Source: Saprospirales bacterium
GTDB taxonomy: Bacteria; Bacteroidota; Bacteroidia; Chitinophagales; Saprospiraceae
DNA length: 64,000 bases
Reading direction: 5' to 3'
Assembly: GCA_031425155.1 (NCBI GenBank)
Contig: JANPIV010000044.1
Location: 7,413-71,412, forward strand
The position numbers and the translations under genes were made by a program. The notes under the pieces are model-generated. The model had not been told where the DNA came from. It saw only the letters and a program-made list of their open reading frames with translations, and did not search any database. Positions 54,279 to 63,698 of this stretch are shown here, piece after piece; position 1 is the stretch's first letter, and the number at the start of each line of letters is the position of its first letter.

Positions 54279-54308
54279 TGTAGAGACGTTGCATGCAACG
54301 TCTCTACA
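54279..54308. repeat. 30-nt perfect palindrome TGTAGAGACGTTGCA/TGCAACGTCTCTACA
   Basis: Read directly from the sequence. Confidence 0.8.
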
Positions 54309-54325
54309 GCATGTGCAACGTAAAA

Positions 54326-54367
54326 ATAAAAAGCCCCTGCTTTCGAGAGAAAGCAGGGGCTTTTTTG
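54326..54367. terminator. Bidirectional rho-independent terminator (pfkA / lrp)
   Basis: A-run, then GCCCCTGCTTTC GAGA GAAAGCAGGGGC, then T6. Confidence 0.85.
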
Positions 54368-54385
54368 CAATAAGTAAATATACGC

Positions 54386-54865
54386 TTATTTCTCGTCGTA
54401 ATTGAAAGGCAGCACCTTGGCATCCTTCACCGTCGAGAGGGTCATCAGCGTTTTCAGGCGCTCTATTTCTTCGATCTGACTGATGGTTTTGAACAGCAAT
54501 TGTTCATAGGTAGGAATATCGCGGCAAACGATCTTCATCAGAAAATCAGCCTCGCCGGTGATGATATAACATTCCGTGACCTCATCTATTTTTGCTATCT
54601 TCTCAAGGAAGTTGTTCAGCGCATTTTCCTTCTTCCAGGCCAGCGATACGAGCACAAAGGTCTTTACATTCAGACCCATTTGCTGTGGGTTCACCTGAGC
54701 ATGATAGCTCTGGATGATTTCGCTTTGTTCCAGTTTCTTGACGCGCTCCAGCGTGGGAGCGGGCGACAAACCTATTTTCTTCGACAGGTCGAGGTTAGTG
54801 ATCTTGCTGTTATCCTGCAGTATTTTGAGGATTTTCAGGTCTATTTTATCCAGTTTCTCTGACAT
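54386..54865 (-). CDS. Lrp/AsnC-family transcriptional regulator
   Basis: 159 aa. N-terminal HTH (LDKIDLKILKILQDNSKITNLDLSKKIGLS) and a C-terminal RAM domain. Confidence 0.9.
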   Translation of the reverse strand: MSEKLDKIDLKILKILQDNSKITNLDLSKKIGLSPAPTLERVKKLEQSEIIQSYHAQVNPQQMGLNVKTFVLVSLAWKKENALNNFLEKIAKIDEVTECYIITGEADFLMKIVCRDIPTYEQLLFKTISQIEEIERLKTLMTLSTVKDAKVLPFNYDEK

Positions 54866-55216
54866 AGTGTGGCGAGACGTTTTGAAATTTTATTTTGCTT
54901 TGGAAAAGTTGGTCAAAGGTAGGGCATTAAAAAATAATGTACAAGTAAAACAGGCTTCAACCTTCGTAAATTTTGTTAATAAAGCGTTTTAGTCAATGTG
55001 CGACCATACTATTATCACCTCAATCCGAAGAAAACAACTTTTTGCCAAAAGATATTTGTTGAAATAGCCGGAAAAGCGAACACTAAAGAAAAAAGGCTGA
55101 ACCAACCGTTGTCGGGCAAAAAATGCCAAACAAAACCTGTTGATTCAACCTTTTACCGCTCATTCCTGCTATTTACCCGGTTTCGGGTAGCCAGATCGAG
55201 CAATGTATAATCTCCT

Positions 55217-56632
55217 TTATGGGAAAATACCCATCGAAACGTAGTCGCTGGCGATCTTTTTCAGCGAACAAACAAACGCGGCCGTACGAACGTCGGTCAC
55301 ATCCGGGTGCTGCTTGAACGTTTCGCGGATTTGCTGGTAAGCCGTAATCATGGTATCTTCCAGACCAGAGTTGACCAGTTCAATTTCGGTACCGCCGCGC
55401 GTCAGGAAATCGCGTTCGCGGTCGCCGATGGTCTGGCCGGTTATTTCCGACACTTTATTCAGGATGCCCGTGAAAGCATTATGCTGGAAGCGATTTTCCA
55501 ATCGTCCGAAACGGTGGTGCGATAGGTTTTTCAGCCATTCAAAATAGGAAACCGTCACGCCACCCGCATTGATATAAAAGTCCGGGATGATGACGATGCC
55601 TTTTTTCAACAGAATGGAATCGGCTTCGGCGGCTACCGGGCCGTTGGCGGCTTCGGCGATGATTTTAGCCTTGATACGGTCTGCATTGGCCAGGGTGATC
55701 TGATTTTCGAGGGCTGCCGGTACCAGAATATCACATTCAAGTTCGAGGGCCGCCAGGTTGTTGGGTAGGGTAGTGGTGCCCGGAAAACCCAAAATGGAGC
55801 CCGTTGCCTGCCGGAAAGCCAGCAGTTTTTCAATATCAATGCCTTTTTCGCTGTAGATAGAACCTTCGCGCTCTGCCACGCCGATGATCTTTGCGTCCCC
55901 TTCGCGCTGGCTGATAAGGGCGGTGTTGCTACCCACGTTACCGAGGCCCTGGATGACCATCGTTTTACCGGCCATACCTTTTGTCAGGCCGATTTTTTTC
56001 ATGTCTTCCTCGTGGGAAACAATTTCGCGCAAGCCGTAAAACACACCGCGACCAGTAGCCTCAGCACGTCCACGAATACCATTCTGGGTGACGGGTTTGC
56101 CGGTCACACAGGCGATGGAGTCAATTTCGCCGTGGCGGAAAGCCTGGTAGGTGTCCATGATCCAAGCCATTTCGCGCGGGCCGGTACCATAATCGGGGGC
56201 CGGTACGTCAATACCCGGGCCGATAAAATTTTTCTTTACCAGCTCCGTGGTGTAGCGGCGGGTGATGCTTTGCAGTTGATCCACGGTATAATTCGCCGGA
56301 TTGATCTTGATGCCGCCTTTTGCGCCGCCGAAGGGTACGTCCACCAGGGCGCATTTGTAAGACATCAGCGCGGCCAATGCCATTACTTCGTCCTGGTCCA
56401 CGCTTTCGGCATAGCGAATACCGCCTTTCGTGGGCAGCCGGTGGTGGCTATGCTGCACGCGATAGGCTTCGATTACCTGATAGTCATTGCCGACCCGAAT
56501 CGGGAAGCGGATTTGCAACACCAGGTTGCAGGCTTTGATTTGTTCGACCAGGCCTTTCGGAATGTCAGTGAAGGCGGCCGCCTTGTCCACGTAGTTCTCT
56601 ACGCTCTTAAAAAAACTAATTTGTCCACTCAT
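55217..56632 (-). CDS. Glu/Leu/Phe/Val-family dehydrogenase (glutamate dehydrogenase-like)
   Basis: 471 aa. Catalytic PFGGAKGG motif and NAD(P) Rossmann GLGNVG. Confidence 0.9.
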   Translation of the reverse strand: MSGQISFFKSVENYVDKAAAFTDIPKGLVEQIKACNLVLQIRFPIRVGNDYQVIEAYRVQHSHHRLPTKGGIRYAESVDQDEVMALAALMSYKCALVDVPFGGAKGGIKINPANYTVDQLQSITRRYTTELVKKNFIGPGIDVPAPDYGTGPREMAWIMDTYQAFRHGEIDSIACVTGKPVTQNGIRGRAEATGRGVFYGLREIVSHEEDMKKIGLTKGMAGKTMVIQGLGNVGSNTALISQREGDAKIIGVAEREGSIYSEKGIDIEKLLAFRQATGSILGFPGTTTLPNNLAALELECDILVPAALENQITLANADRIKAKIIAEAANGPVAAEADSILLKKGIVIIPDFYINAGGVTVSYFEWLKNLSHHRFGRLENRFQHNAFTGILNKVSEITGQTIGDRERDFLTRGGTEIELVNSGLEDTMITAYQQIRETFKQHPDVTDVRTAAFVCSLKKIASDYVSMGIFP

Positions 56633-56855
56633 TTTTGTCGTCCTTGAGTTGGTGCTCTAATTTGGTTAGCATACGTTCGAGCCGCACGAGATAGACGACA
56701 ATACCCAGAAAAATGAGCAGAATAACGCCGACTACGACGTTGATTTTGCCAGTCTCCCGCATGAAGTCGCTGTTCCCTTGTGCCAAAAGCGCGGGCAAAG
56801 ATATTGCCTGCAACAAAATAATTATCAAAAGTTTTTGCATTTTAAAAAATTTCAT
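56616..56855 (-). CDS. ccmD: CcmD-family small membrane protein (Bacteroidota type)
   Basis: 79 aa. Signal-like N-terminus, DFMRETGKINVVVGVILLIFLGIVVYL. Follows the ccmC-like gene. Confidence 0.6.
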   Translation of the reverse strand: MKFFKMQKLLIIILLQAISLPALLAQGNSDFMRETGKINVVVGVILLIFLGIVVYLVRLERMLTKLEHQLKDDKNEWTN

Positions 56856-56960
56856 CTTCCGAAAATTATGAAAAGTTATTTTTTTTGTTGAAAACCAAAA
56901 AGGTGCTGTCAGGCTACAGACTTGGCAGGTTTCAAAAACCTGCCAAGTCTCGTTATGTCC

Positions 56961-58058
56961 TCAATCCAGTCCCGTCATCCGATCCTTCAATCGCTGATAC
57001 CGAATCCGCAACTGAGCGACCCAAAAACCCAAAAGCGTCCAACCAATAATGCTGGGGTAAAAAACCATCCGCATTGTATCGTCCAGATCGCCGCTGCCAA
57101 AAGCCGGATTGCCCGTAGCGCCGGGGTGCAGACTGGCAAACATCCGGGGTACTACATAGAGCAGCGGTATGAGCGATGCAAACGCGAAAATGTTGTACAC
57201 TGCCGCCAAACGCGCCCCTTTTTCCGGCTCATCGAAGGAGCGGCGCAGAATAAAATACGCCAGATAAATGAGCAATGCTACGGCGGTCATCAGTTGTTTA
57301 ATATCGTTGCTCCAGGCGGCACCCCAGGCATAATGCGCCCAAAGCATGCCCGTGACGAGCCCCATTATCCCAAATAACAGACCTGTTTCGGCATAGGAGG
57401 CAGCTTTGCGATCAAAATCCAGTTTGGAAACCGGTTGGCCGGATTTCATTGGCAGCCGGTCCGACCGACCATCGTACCGCAAAAACAGGATGCTCTGCCA
57501 GGCCGAGGCAATGAACAGGAACATCAGCGCAAACCACATGGGCACGTGGAAATAGGTGTTGCGGATGCTTTCGTAGATCACATTGCGGTATGGGAACGTG
57601 AAATCGGACTTCACATGAAGTTCCTTCATTAAGTTCTGCGACCAAATGGGATCGGGAGCAGCATTAGTATTAACACTATCCTCACGCACTTCTATGGCAC
57701 CGGGCAACAGCGAAATACCATCGGAAGGGTGATCAACAAAAGCGTTGAGCAACGTAAAAGAACGGTTGTCCGGCAAAGTCGTCGGTAATTGGAAAGTTGC
57801 TTCCAAAGTGGTATCACTGAGAATGCGCACTTGCTGACCCGCCAAAGCATGGGCTGAATCATGTTCCAGCCACACCCGTACTTCATTGGCCGGACTGCGG
57901 GTATAAAATGAATTATAGCCGTGGACTTGCAAGGTGATCGTCTGGCCGGTTTTGGCAGTGGCCGGGCTCACGTAGGTGATGCCGGGCTTGAGTGGCACAA
58001 GCATTCCAAAGCTAAGCGCGTAGAGCAATAAAATGACGGAGAGGGTTTTCCACCACAT
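56961..58058 (-). CDS. ccmC: CcmC/CcsA-like heme-handling membrane protein with an extra N-terminal periplasmic domain
   Basis: 365 aa. Trp-rich loop WAHYAWGAAWSNDIKQ. Multi-TM. Confidence 0.75.
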   Translation of the reverse strand: MWWKTLSVILLLYALSFGMLVPLKPGITYVSPATAKTGQTITLQVHGYNSFYTRSPANEVRVWLEHDSAHALAGQQVRILSDTTLEATFQLPTTLPDNRSFTLLNAFVDHPSDGISLLPGAIEVREDSVNTNAAPDPIWSQNLMKELHVKSDFTFPYRNVIYESIRNTYFHVPMWFALMFLFIASAWQSILFLRYDGRSDRLPMKSGQPVSKLDFDRKAASYAETGLLFGIMGLVTGMLWAHYAWGAAWSNDIKQLMTAVALLIYLAYFILRRSFDEPEKGARLAAVYNIFAFASLIPLLYVVPRMFASLHPGATGNPAFGSGDLDDTMRMVFYPSIIGWTLLGFWVAQLRIRYQRLKDRMTGLD

Positions 58059-58239
58059 AAGTTTAAATATATTAATGTGGCCAATGTGGCCAATGTGATT
58101 AATGCAGCCAAGGTGTTGCCTTGATCGCTCAAAGGTGCAGCAATGAGACGGGTAGTTGCTCCTGAAAGTGACACTTTTATTCTAATGGTCAAAGTAACCA
58201 CTATCATTCAGTCAACTAATTAACCAATCAACCAACTCT

Positions 58240-58593
58240 TTATTCCAATTGCCGCAGCAACCACTCCCGTTCGGTCAGTACGAGCGCCTGCATGATCTCC
58301 TGACGCAGCAGCTGCGTTTTCTCGCGATCATGCGGCACGTGCTGGAGGAGTTTGCGCAAAAATCGCACAATCGCCAGGTAATTATCGCGGTGGTAGCCCA
58401 GCACTTTTTTGCGGCGCAGATATATCTGAATGCTATCCAGTTGATTTTCCAGCGTATCCGTCTCGCCAAGGGCATAGTAGATTTTGCACAGCATGACTTT
58501 GGCTAGCAGATTTTGGAGCACATCGTCGTATTTCCGGCGCAACATACTGTAAACCAGACTGATACAGATCAAACACTTCCCGAAAATAACCAT
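58240..58593 (-). pseudogene. Probable N-terminally truncated paralogue of the 4232-5791 family
   Basis: 117 aa. ..KIYYALGETDTLENQL..IVRFLRKL.. parallels ..IAHFELGNERLVEYQI..VFRFLRRT.. in the 519-aa protein. Confidence 0.3.
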
Positions 58594-58701
58594 AGAAAAT
58601 AGCCGGAACTTGCCCGATTGGGATGCTACTTCCTAGCAGCGTCTTAATCGGGATTGGTGCAACTGATGTGATTCAATATGCAATAAAGTACCCCTCTTTC
58701 C

Positions 58702-59133
58702 TCAACTCGAATGATCGGCCACAATCACCCAGACGCCCTCGATTTTTTTCCATAACAAAGTAAAATGACCGCTGACGTCGCCTTTGGTCCGTGCTAATTC
58801 CCATTTACCGATCACGTAGGCACTGGTCGGCGAAAGTTGCTCCACGGTCAGCAGGGTGAAGGTCAATTTGCCCATTGTTTCCCGGTCGGGATAGCTTTTC
58901 TGGTAGTTGTTTAACGTGGTTTGCCAGCCATAACTCAAGCCGCGCGAACCGATAAAAACCAGGCTGTCCGAATGCCAGTAACCGGCCATAAATGCTTCTA
59001 GATCGCCAGCATTCCAGGCCAGTTCTTGTTTGGCCATGATTTGGCGAATGGATTGGAGATCAGCGTTTTGGGCCTGGGATGTGCCGGAAAAAGCAAAAAA
59101 GACGATGCAGAGAAAAACGGTAACTTTTTTCAT
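58702..59133 (-). CDS. Exported DUF4440/SnoaL-like (NTF2-fold) protein
   Basis: Signal peptide from MKKVTVFL (ATG 59131-59133). ..ELAWNAGDLEAFMAGYW.. motif. Confidence 0.7.
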   Translation of the reverse strand: MKKVTVFLCIVFFAFSGTSQAQNADLQSIRQIMAKQELAWNAGDLEAFMAGYWHSDSLVFIGSRGLSYGWQTTLNNYQKSYPDRETMGKLTFTLLTVEQLSPTSAYVIGKWELARTKGDVSGHFTLLWKKIEGVWVIVADHSS

Positions 59134-59224
59134 AGTAAAACGGATTGAACGGCCAATGATACTAAAAAAAGCGGGGATGACACTCAGTGCGCCATCCCCG
59201 TTTATCAGTTGTAATATGAATTTC

Positions 59225-59308
59225 TTGAGGATACGAGTATTTGAGGATTTGACCAAAGTACTTGGGAAGCAGGTAATTGATCAAATACTCGAATCTTCAA
59301 ATCCTCAA
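59225..59308 (+). repeat. Dispersed ~84-bp palindromic repeat, copy C
   Basis: Aligns with 53106-53189. Confidence 0.8.
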
Positions 59309-59327
59309 ATAATTACCGCGTACTTAA

Positions 59328-60959
59328 TTACTTCACCGACATGTTGAATTCCACGCGACGGTTCTGTTGTTTGCCTGCTTTGGTTTCGTTGGTTGCAATC
59401 GGTTTGGTTTCGCCATAACCTTCATGGGTCAGGTGGGAAGCAACTACGCCTTTTTTAACCAAGTAGTCGTAGCAGGTTTTAGCGCGGTTTTTCGACAAGG
59501 TCAGGTTAGAGGCTTCATTGCCCACATTATCGGTGTGACCGTCAATGGCGACAGAGTAGTAGGGATATTTTTTCAGGATGGTCGCCACCTGATCCAGGAT
59601 TTTGTACGAGCCAGCCGTCAGCACGGCACTATTGGTTTTGAACGTGATGTTCTTCACCGATACATTCATGATCTTGGTTTCCTCCGCCTTCATTTCCGGG
59701 CAACCGCGATTGGCAGCCACACCAGCCACATCTGGGCAACGGTCGTCATTGTCATATACACCATCTTTATCGCGGTCATTCGGGCAACCGCCATTGACCG
59801 CCAAACCAGCCAAATCCGGGCATTTGTCGTCTTTGTCATAAATACCATCGCCATCGCGGTCAGCCGGGCAGCCTTTGTTGGCGGCTACGCCAGCCAGGTC
59901 CGGGCAGCGGTCGTCCACATCATATACGCCATCGGCGTCGCGGTCGGAGGGGCAGCCTTTATTGGCCGCAATACCGGCCAGTTCCGGGCAACGGTCGTCG
60001 GCATCCACCACCCCGTCTTTGTCGAGGTCACTTGGGCAACCCAGGTTGGTGGCTACACCAGCAATATCCGGGCATTTGTCGTCGCGGTCATACACACCGT
60101 CTTTGTCGCGGTCGGCCGGGCAACCCATATTGGCGGCTACGCCCATCACATCGGGACAATTATCGTTGGTATCATACACGCCGTCTTTGTCGCGGTCGGC
60201 CGGGCAACCCATGTTTTCAGCTACGCCGGGTACATCCGGGCATTTATCTTTTTTGTCGCTGATGCCGTCTGCATCGGCATCTTTTGGTTTGCCGATTTTG
60301 AAAGCCAGATTGAGGCCACCGAGCACGTACCAGTCCTCTTTGTCAGGATTGGCAGCTTCGCTCACGCCATCCAGGTAATCACCCAGGGTCGCCCGGAAAC
60401 CGATCTCGGCTCCCAGAGAAGTTCTTTCTCCCAAGGCAAATTTGAAGCCCGCGCCCAAAGGAAAAACGATCACGCCTTTTTCTACGTTGTCTTTGTCCTT
60501 TTTGATCTGAGCAGCATAACCAGTATTGACGGATTCATTGAAAAATACCGTAGGATCAGTGCTGGCATAGCCAATGCCGCCAAAAAAGTAGGGGCGAATG
60601 GCGCGCGGATTGCCTGCTTTGTTCAGTGCCGACATAGTGGTGAGTTCCAGTTGCAGGGACCCTTCCAACAGCGTTGTTTCAAAGGTATAACCCCGGCTTT
60701 TACGTTCGGAAAAATTCGCATCATCGCCCGAAAGTTTGGCGTAGTTACCATTCAGGCGCAGCGCAAAATAGTCATTGAAATTGCGGCGCAGAAAAAGGCC
60801 AAACCCAGGGTTCGTTTCTTTAACTGTAAAAAGGTCAGTTTTGACCAAATCTCCTTGATAATTGGCGGCATTGACGGCTAAGCCGAGCTCCCACGATTGG
60901 GCGCTCGCAAAGGTTGGGACAGCGAATAGGAGGAATAAAAACAGGTTTTTCATGTTCAA
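59328..60959 (-). CDS. OmpA-family outer-membrane protein with thrombospondin type 3 (Ca-binding) repeats
   Basis: 543 aa. N-terminal beta-barrel, at least 7 DxDxDGxxDxxDxCP repeats, C-terminal OmpA domain (..IDGHTDNVG..NRRVEF). Confidence 0.9.
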   Translation of the reverse strand: MNMKNLFLFLLFAVPTFASAQSWELGLAVNAANYQGDLVKTDLFTVKETNPGFGLFLRRNFNDYFALRLNGNYAKLSGDDANFSERKSRGYTFETTLLEGSLQLELTTMSALNKAGNPRAIRPYFFGGIGYASTDPTVFFNESVNTGYAAQIKKDKDNVEKGVIVFPLGAGFKFALGERTSLGAEIGFRATLGDYLDGVSEAANPDKEDWYVLGGLNLAFKIGKPKDADADGISDKKDKCPDVPGVAENMGCPADRDKDGVYDTNDNCPDVMGVAANMGCPADRDKDGVYDRDDKCPDIAGVATNLGCPSDLDKDGVVDADDRCPELAGIAANKGCPSDRDADGVYDVDDRCPDLAGVAANKGCPADRDGDGIYDKDDKCPDLAGLAVNGGCPNDRDKDGVYDNDDRCPDVAGVAANRGCPEMKAEETKIMNVSVKNITFKTNSAVLTAGSYKILDQVATILKKYPYYSVAIDGHTDNVGNEASNLTLSKNRAKTCYDYLVKKGVVASHLTHEGYGETKPIATNETKAGKQQNRRVEFNMSVK

Positions 60960-61078
60960 AATTTAAAATTATGTTAAAGGAATAGTCGTTTGGTAAATGT
61001 TGTGTGGAAATTGGCCAAAATTGTATTTATCAGTTTTCGGCAGTTGTTAATTCCTGCCTTCCTTGTAAGTTTGCATTC

Positions 61079-61551
61079 ATGCCGTCTTTATCATCGCACA
61101 CTCTTATGCATGTTATCCAAATTGCCCGCACCGATGCTGATCTGCTAAAATGCTGGCCGGTTTTACATTTGCTTCGTCCGCATTTGGATGAGCGCAGATT
61201 TTTACCCCTTTTGCACGACATGATGCAACAGGGTTATGAGTTGGCTTTCATCGAAAGTCCGGCAAAAGACCTGGCGGTGGCGGCTATGGGGTTTCGCTAC
61301 CAACAAAAGCTCCATGATGGTAAGCAAATCTATATTGACGACCTGACGACCTGACGACCTTAGAGCAATACCGGGGACAAGGCTACGCCGGAGCGCTGCT
61401 GGATTACATCTTTAACCGGGCGGAGGAAGAAGATTGCTGGTGTGTGACACTCGATTCGGGACCACAGCGCCACGCAGCACATCGGTTGTATTTGAATAAA
61501 GGGTTTGATATTACCAGTTACCATTTTACCCGCAAGAATACCCGCAGATGA
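61079..61551 (+). pseudogene. GNAT N-acetyltransferase disrupted by an 8-bp tandem duplication
   Basis: ACGACCTG is duplicated at 61338-61353. Removing one unit restores ..IYIDDLTTLEQYRGQGYAGALLDYI.. (GNAT motif A) through the stop at 61549-61551. Confidence 0.75.
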
Positions 61552-61618
61552 ATGTCTGGTATATAGGAGGGCAATAAATATTGTGCCAAAAAAGTGCTTG
61601 CGTGAGAAAACGGTCGTT

Positions 61619-62755
61619 TTACGCAGGAAAGACTAATAGTTTGTTGAGGAAGTGGTGCCATGAGAAACGTTGTTTCTCTCTTTTCACCCCAACTTGAAAA
61701 ATGGCAGCCCGGTCATTTCCAAAAAAATCACGGATGGCGCCGGCAATCGCTGCGGGATCGGGCGGCACCACATAACCAGACACGCCATTATTTACGATCT
61801 CCGGCAGCCCACCGACGTTGGTCACTATCATCGGTTTATCGAAATAATAGGCAATCTGCGAGATACCGCTCTGGGTAGCACTTTTATACGGCTGCACCAC
61901 CAGATCGGCGGCAGAAAAAAAGACCCGCACCTGATCGGCAGCAATAAAATCGGTGTGCAAATGCAGGTGAGCGGCCAAATTATGTTCTTCAATAATGGCC
62001 TGATAAGCCGCCCAGTCATCGTAACATTCTCCGGCAACGAGCAAATGCACCGGCTGCGTATGGTCACGGAGGAGCGGATTCGCCAGTGCCTGCAACAACA
62101 AATCCAGCCCTTTATAGGCGCGAATAAAGCCGAAAAAGAGCACCAGCGGCACCTCGGCAGGAATATTTAACTGCTGACGGGCCATCACTTTATCTATTGC
62201 TTCGCCATAGTTATCATAAATAGGGTGGGGGGCATAACGCACTGGTTTGCTGGGTGTAAACAGCCGTATTTCCTCACCCACCGAGCGGGACATGACCACA
62301 AAATCGTCGCAGGCCTGCACGAAATACTGGGCGAAAGGACGATCACCGAAGCGTTTTTCATGCGGCACAATATTATCCACCAAAGCCGTCACGCGTATTT
62401 TTTTCCTGGAAAACCAACGCATTATCCGCAGCGTGGTGCCCAATGCCGGACCCATGAATGGCAGCCAGAAACGAACGATGACCTGATCAGGTTGTTCGCG
62501 CGCCATCTCCCGCCCGACCGCTATCCAGTTGAGCGGATTGACGGAATTGAGCCGGGTTTTGATCGTCAAATCTTGCGGTGCCAGATCGGTGGTATATTGG
62601 GTTTTGCCGGGGAAAAGAAAACCAGGGTACTGCAACGAAAAGGAATAGATAACTACCTCATGGCCTTGCACTTGCAGTTCCTGCGCCAGTCGTTCGGAGA
62701 GGGCAGCGATGCCGCCGCGTAAGGGGTGGGCCGGGGAAAGGAGGAGGATTTTCAA
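61619..62755 (-). CDS. Glycosyltransferase family 4
   Basis: 378 aa. GT-B fold pattern with a C-terminal E..G.P..E-type motif (GGLPEIV). Confidence 0.85.
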   Translation of the reverse strand: MKILLLSPAHPLRGGIAALSERLAQELQVQGHEVVIYSFSLQYPGFLFPGKTQYTTDLAPQDLTIKTRLNSVNPLNWIAVGREMAREQPDQVIVRFWLPFMGPALGTTLRIMRWFSRKKIRVTALVDNIVPHEKRFGDRPFAQYFVQACDDFVVMSRSVGEEIRLFTPSKPVRYAPHPIYDNYGEAIDKVMARQQLNIPAEVPLVLFFGFIRAYKGLDLLLQALANPLLRDHTQPVHLLVAGECYDDWAAYQAIIEEHNLAAHLHLHTDFIAADQVRVFFSAADLVVQPYKSATQSGISQIAYYFDKPMIVTNVGGLPEIVNNGVSGYVVPPDPAAIAGAIRDFFGNDRAAIFQVGVKREKQRFSWHHFLNKLLVFPA

Positions 62756-62756
62756 A

Positions 62757-63689
62757 TTATATTTTCTTTTCGATTAGGTACACATTCCGAATCGCCGAAT
62801 TCCGGTTGATCATCTCGGCCAGAAAACCCGTCAGAAACAATTGGCTGCCCACGATCAAAGCAAGGATGCCGAAGTAGAATAAGGGACGGTCGGCAATGCC
62901 ATATTCATTATAAATCGTCTTGGCGATGGAGAGGTAAGTCAGGATAATGAAACCAATAAAAAAGGACAGTACGCCGAGGGTGCCGAACAGGTGCATGGGG
63001 CGTTTGCCAAATTTGCCGACGAACGAAATGCTGAGCAGATCGAGGAAGCCATTGACAAAACGTTCCCACCCGAATTTGGTGACCCCGTATTTGCGGGCAC
63101 GGTGTTCCACGACTTTTTCGCCGATTTTGGTGAAACCTGCCCACTTGGCGATCACCGGAATATAACGGTGCATTTCACCATAAACCTCGATGGTTTTCAC
63201 CACCTCCTGGCGGTAGGATTTGAGTCCACAATTAAAATCGTGGAGATAAATACCGCTCATCCACCGGGCCGCAGCGTTGTAGAGTTTGGTCGGGATAGTC
63301 TTGGTGATCGGGTCGTAACGCTTTTGTTTCCAGCCACTTACGATGTCATAACCCTCCTCGTTAATCATCCGGTAGAGTTCCGGGATTTCGTCAGGACTGT
63401 CCTGCAAATCCGCATCCATCGTGATGACGACCTTGCCCCATACCGCCTCAAAGCCGGTTTGCAGCGCGGCACTTTTGCCGTAGTTGCGCCGGAATTTGAT
63501 ACCCCGTACCCGTGGATTGCTGGCCTGTAAAGCCTCGATCACCTGCCATGAGCCATCGGTGCTGCCATCATCAATGAACAGTATTTCGTAGTCGAGTTTA
63601 TGCTGTTCGGTCACCCGCCGAATCCAGGCTTCGAGTTCGGGGAGGCTTTCGACCTCGTTTTTTAAGGGGATGATGATGGAGAGGTGCAT
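62757..63689 (-). CDS. Glycosyltransferase family 2 (polyprenol-phosphate sugar transferase type, with C-terminal TM helices)
   Basis: LSIIIPLKNE, IDDGSTDGS and DADLQD motifs. Two C-terminal TM helices. Confidence 0.88.
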   Translation of the reverse strand: MHLSIIIPLKNEVESLPELEAWIRRVTEQHKLDYEILFIDDGSTDGSWQVIEALQASNPRVRGIKFRRNYGKSAALQTGFEAVWGKVVITMDADLQDSPDEIPELYRMINEEGYDIVSGWKQKRYDPITKTIPTKLYNAAARWMSGIYLHDFNCGLKSYRQEVVKTIEVYGEMHRYIPVIAKWAGFTKIGEKVVEHRARKYGVTKFGWERFVNGFLDLLSISFVGKFGKRPMHLFGTLGVLSFFIGFIILTYLSIAKTIYNEYGIADRPLFYFGILALIVGSQLFLTGFLAEMINRNSAIRNVYLIEKKI

Positions 63690-63698
63690 GACCTGCTT

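Noticed and set aside
59367-60881. 504-aa ORF antisense to the OmpA/TSP3 gene
   Set aside because: The sense frame has clear TSP3 repeats and an OmpA domain. The antisense frame is a by-product of the repetitive GAY-rich codons.
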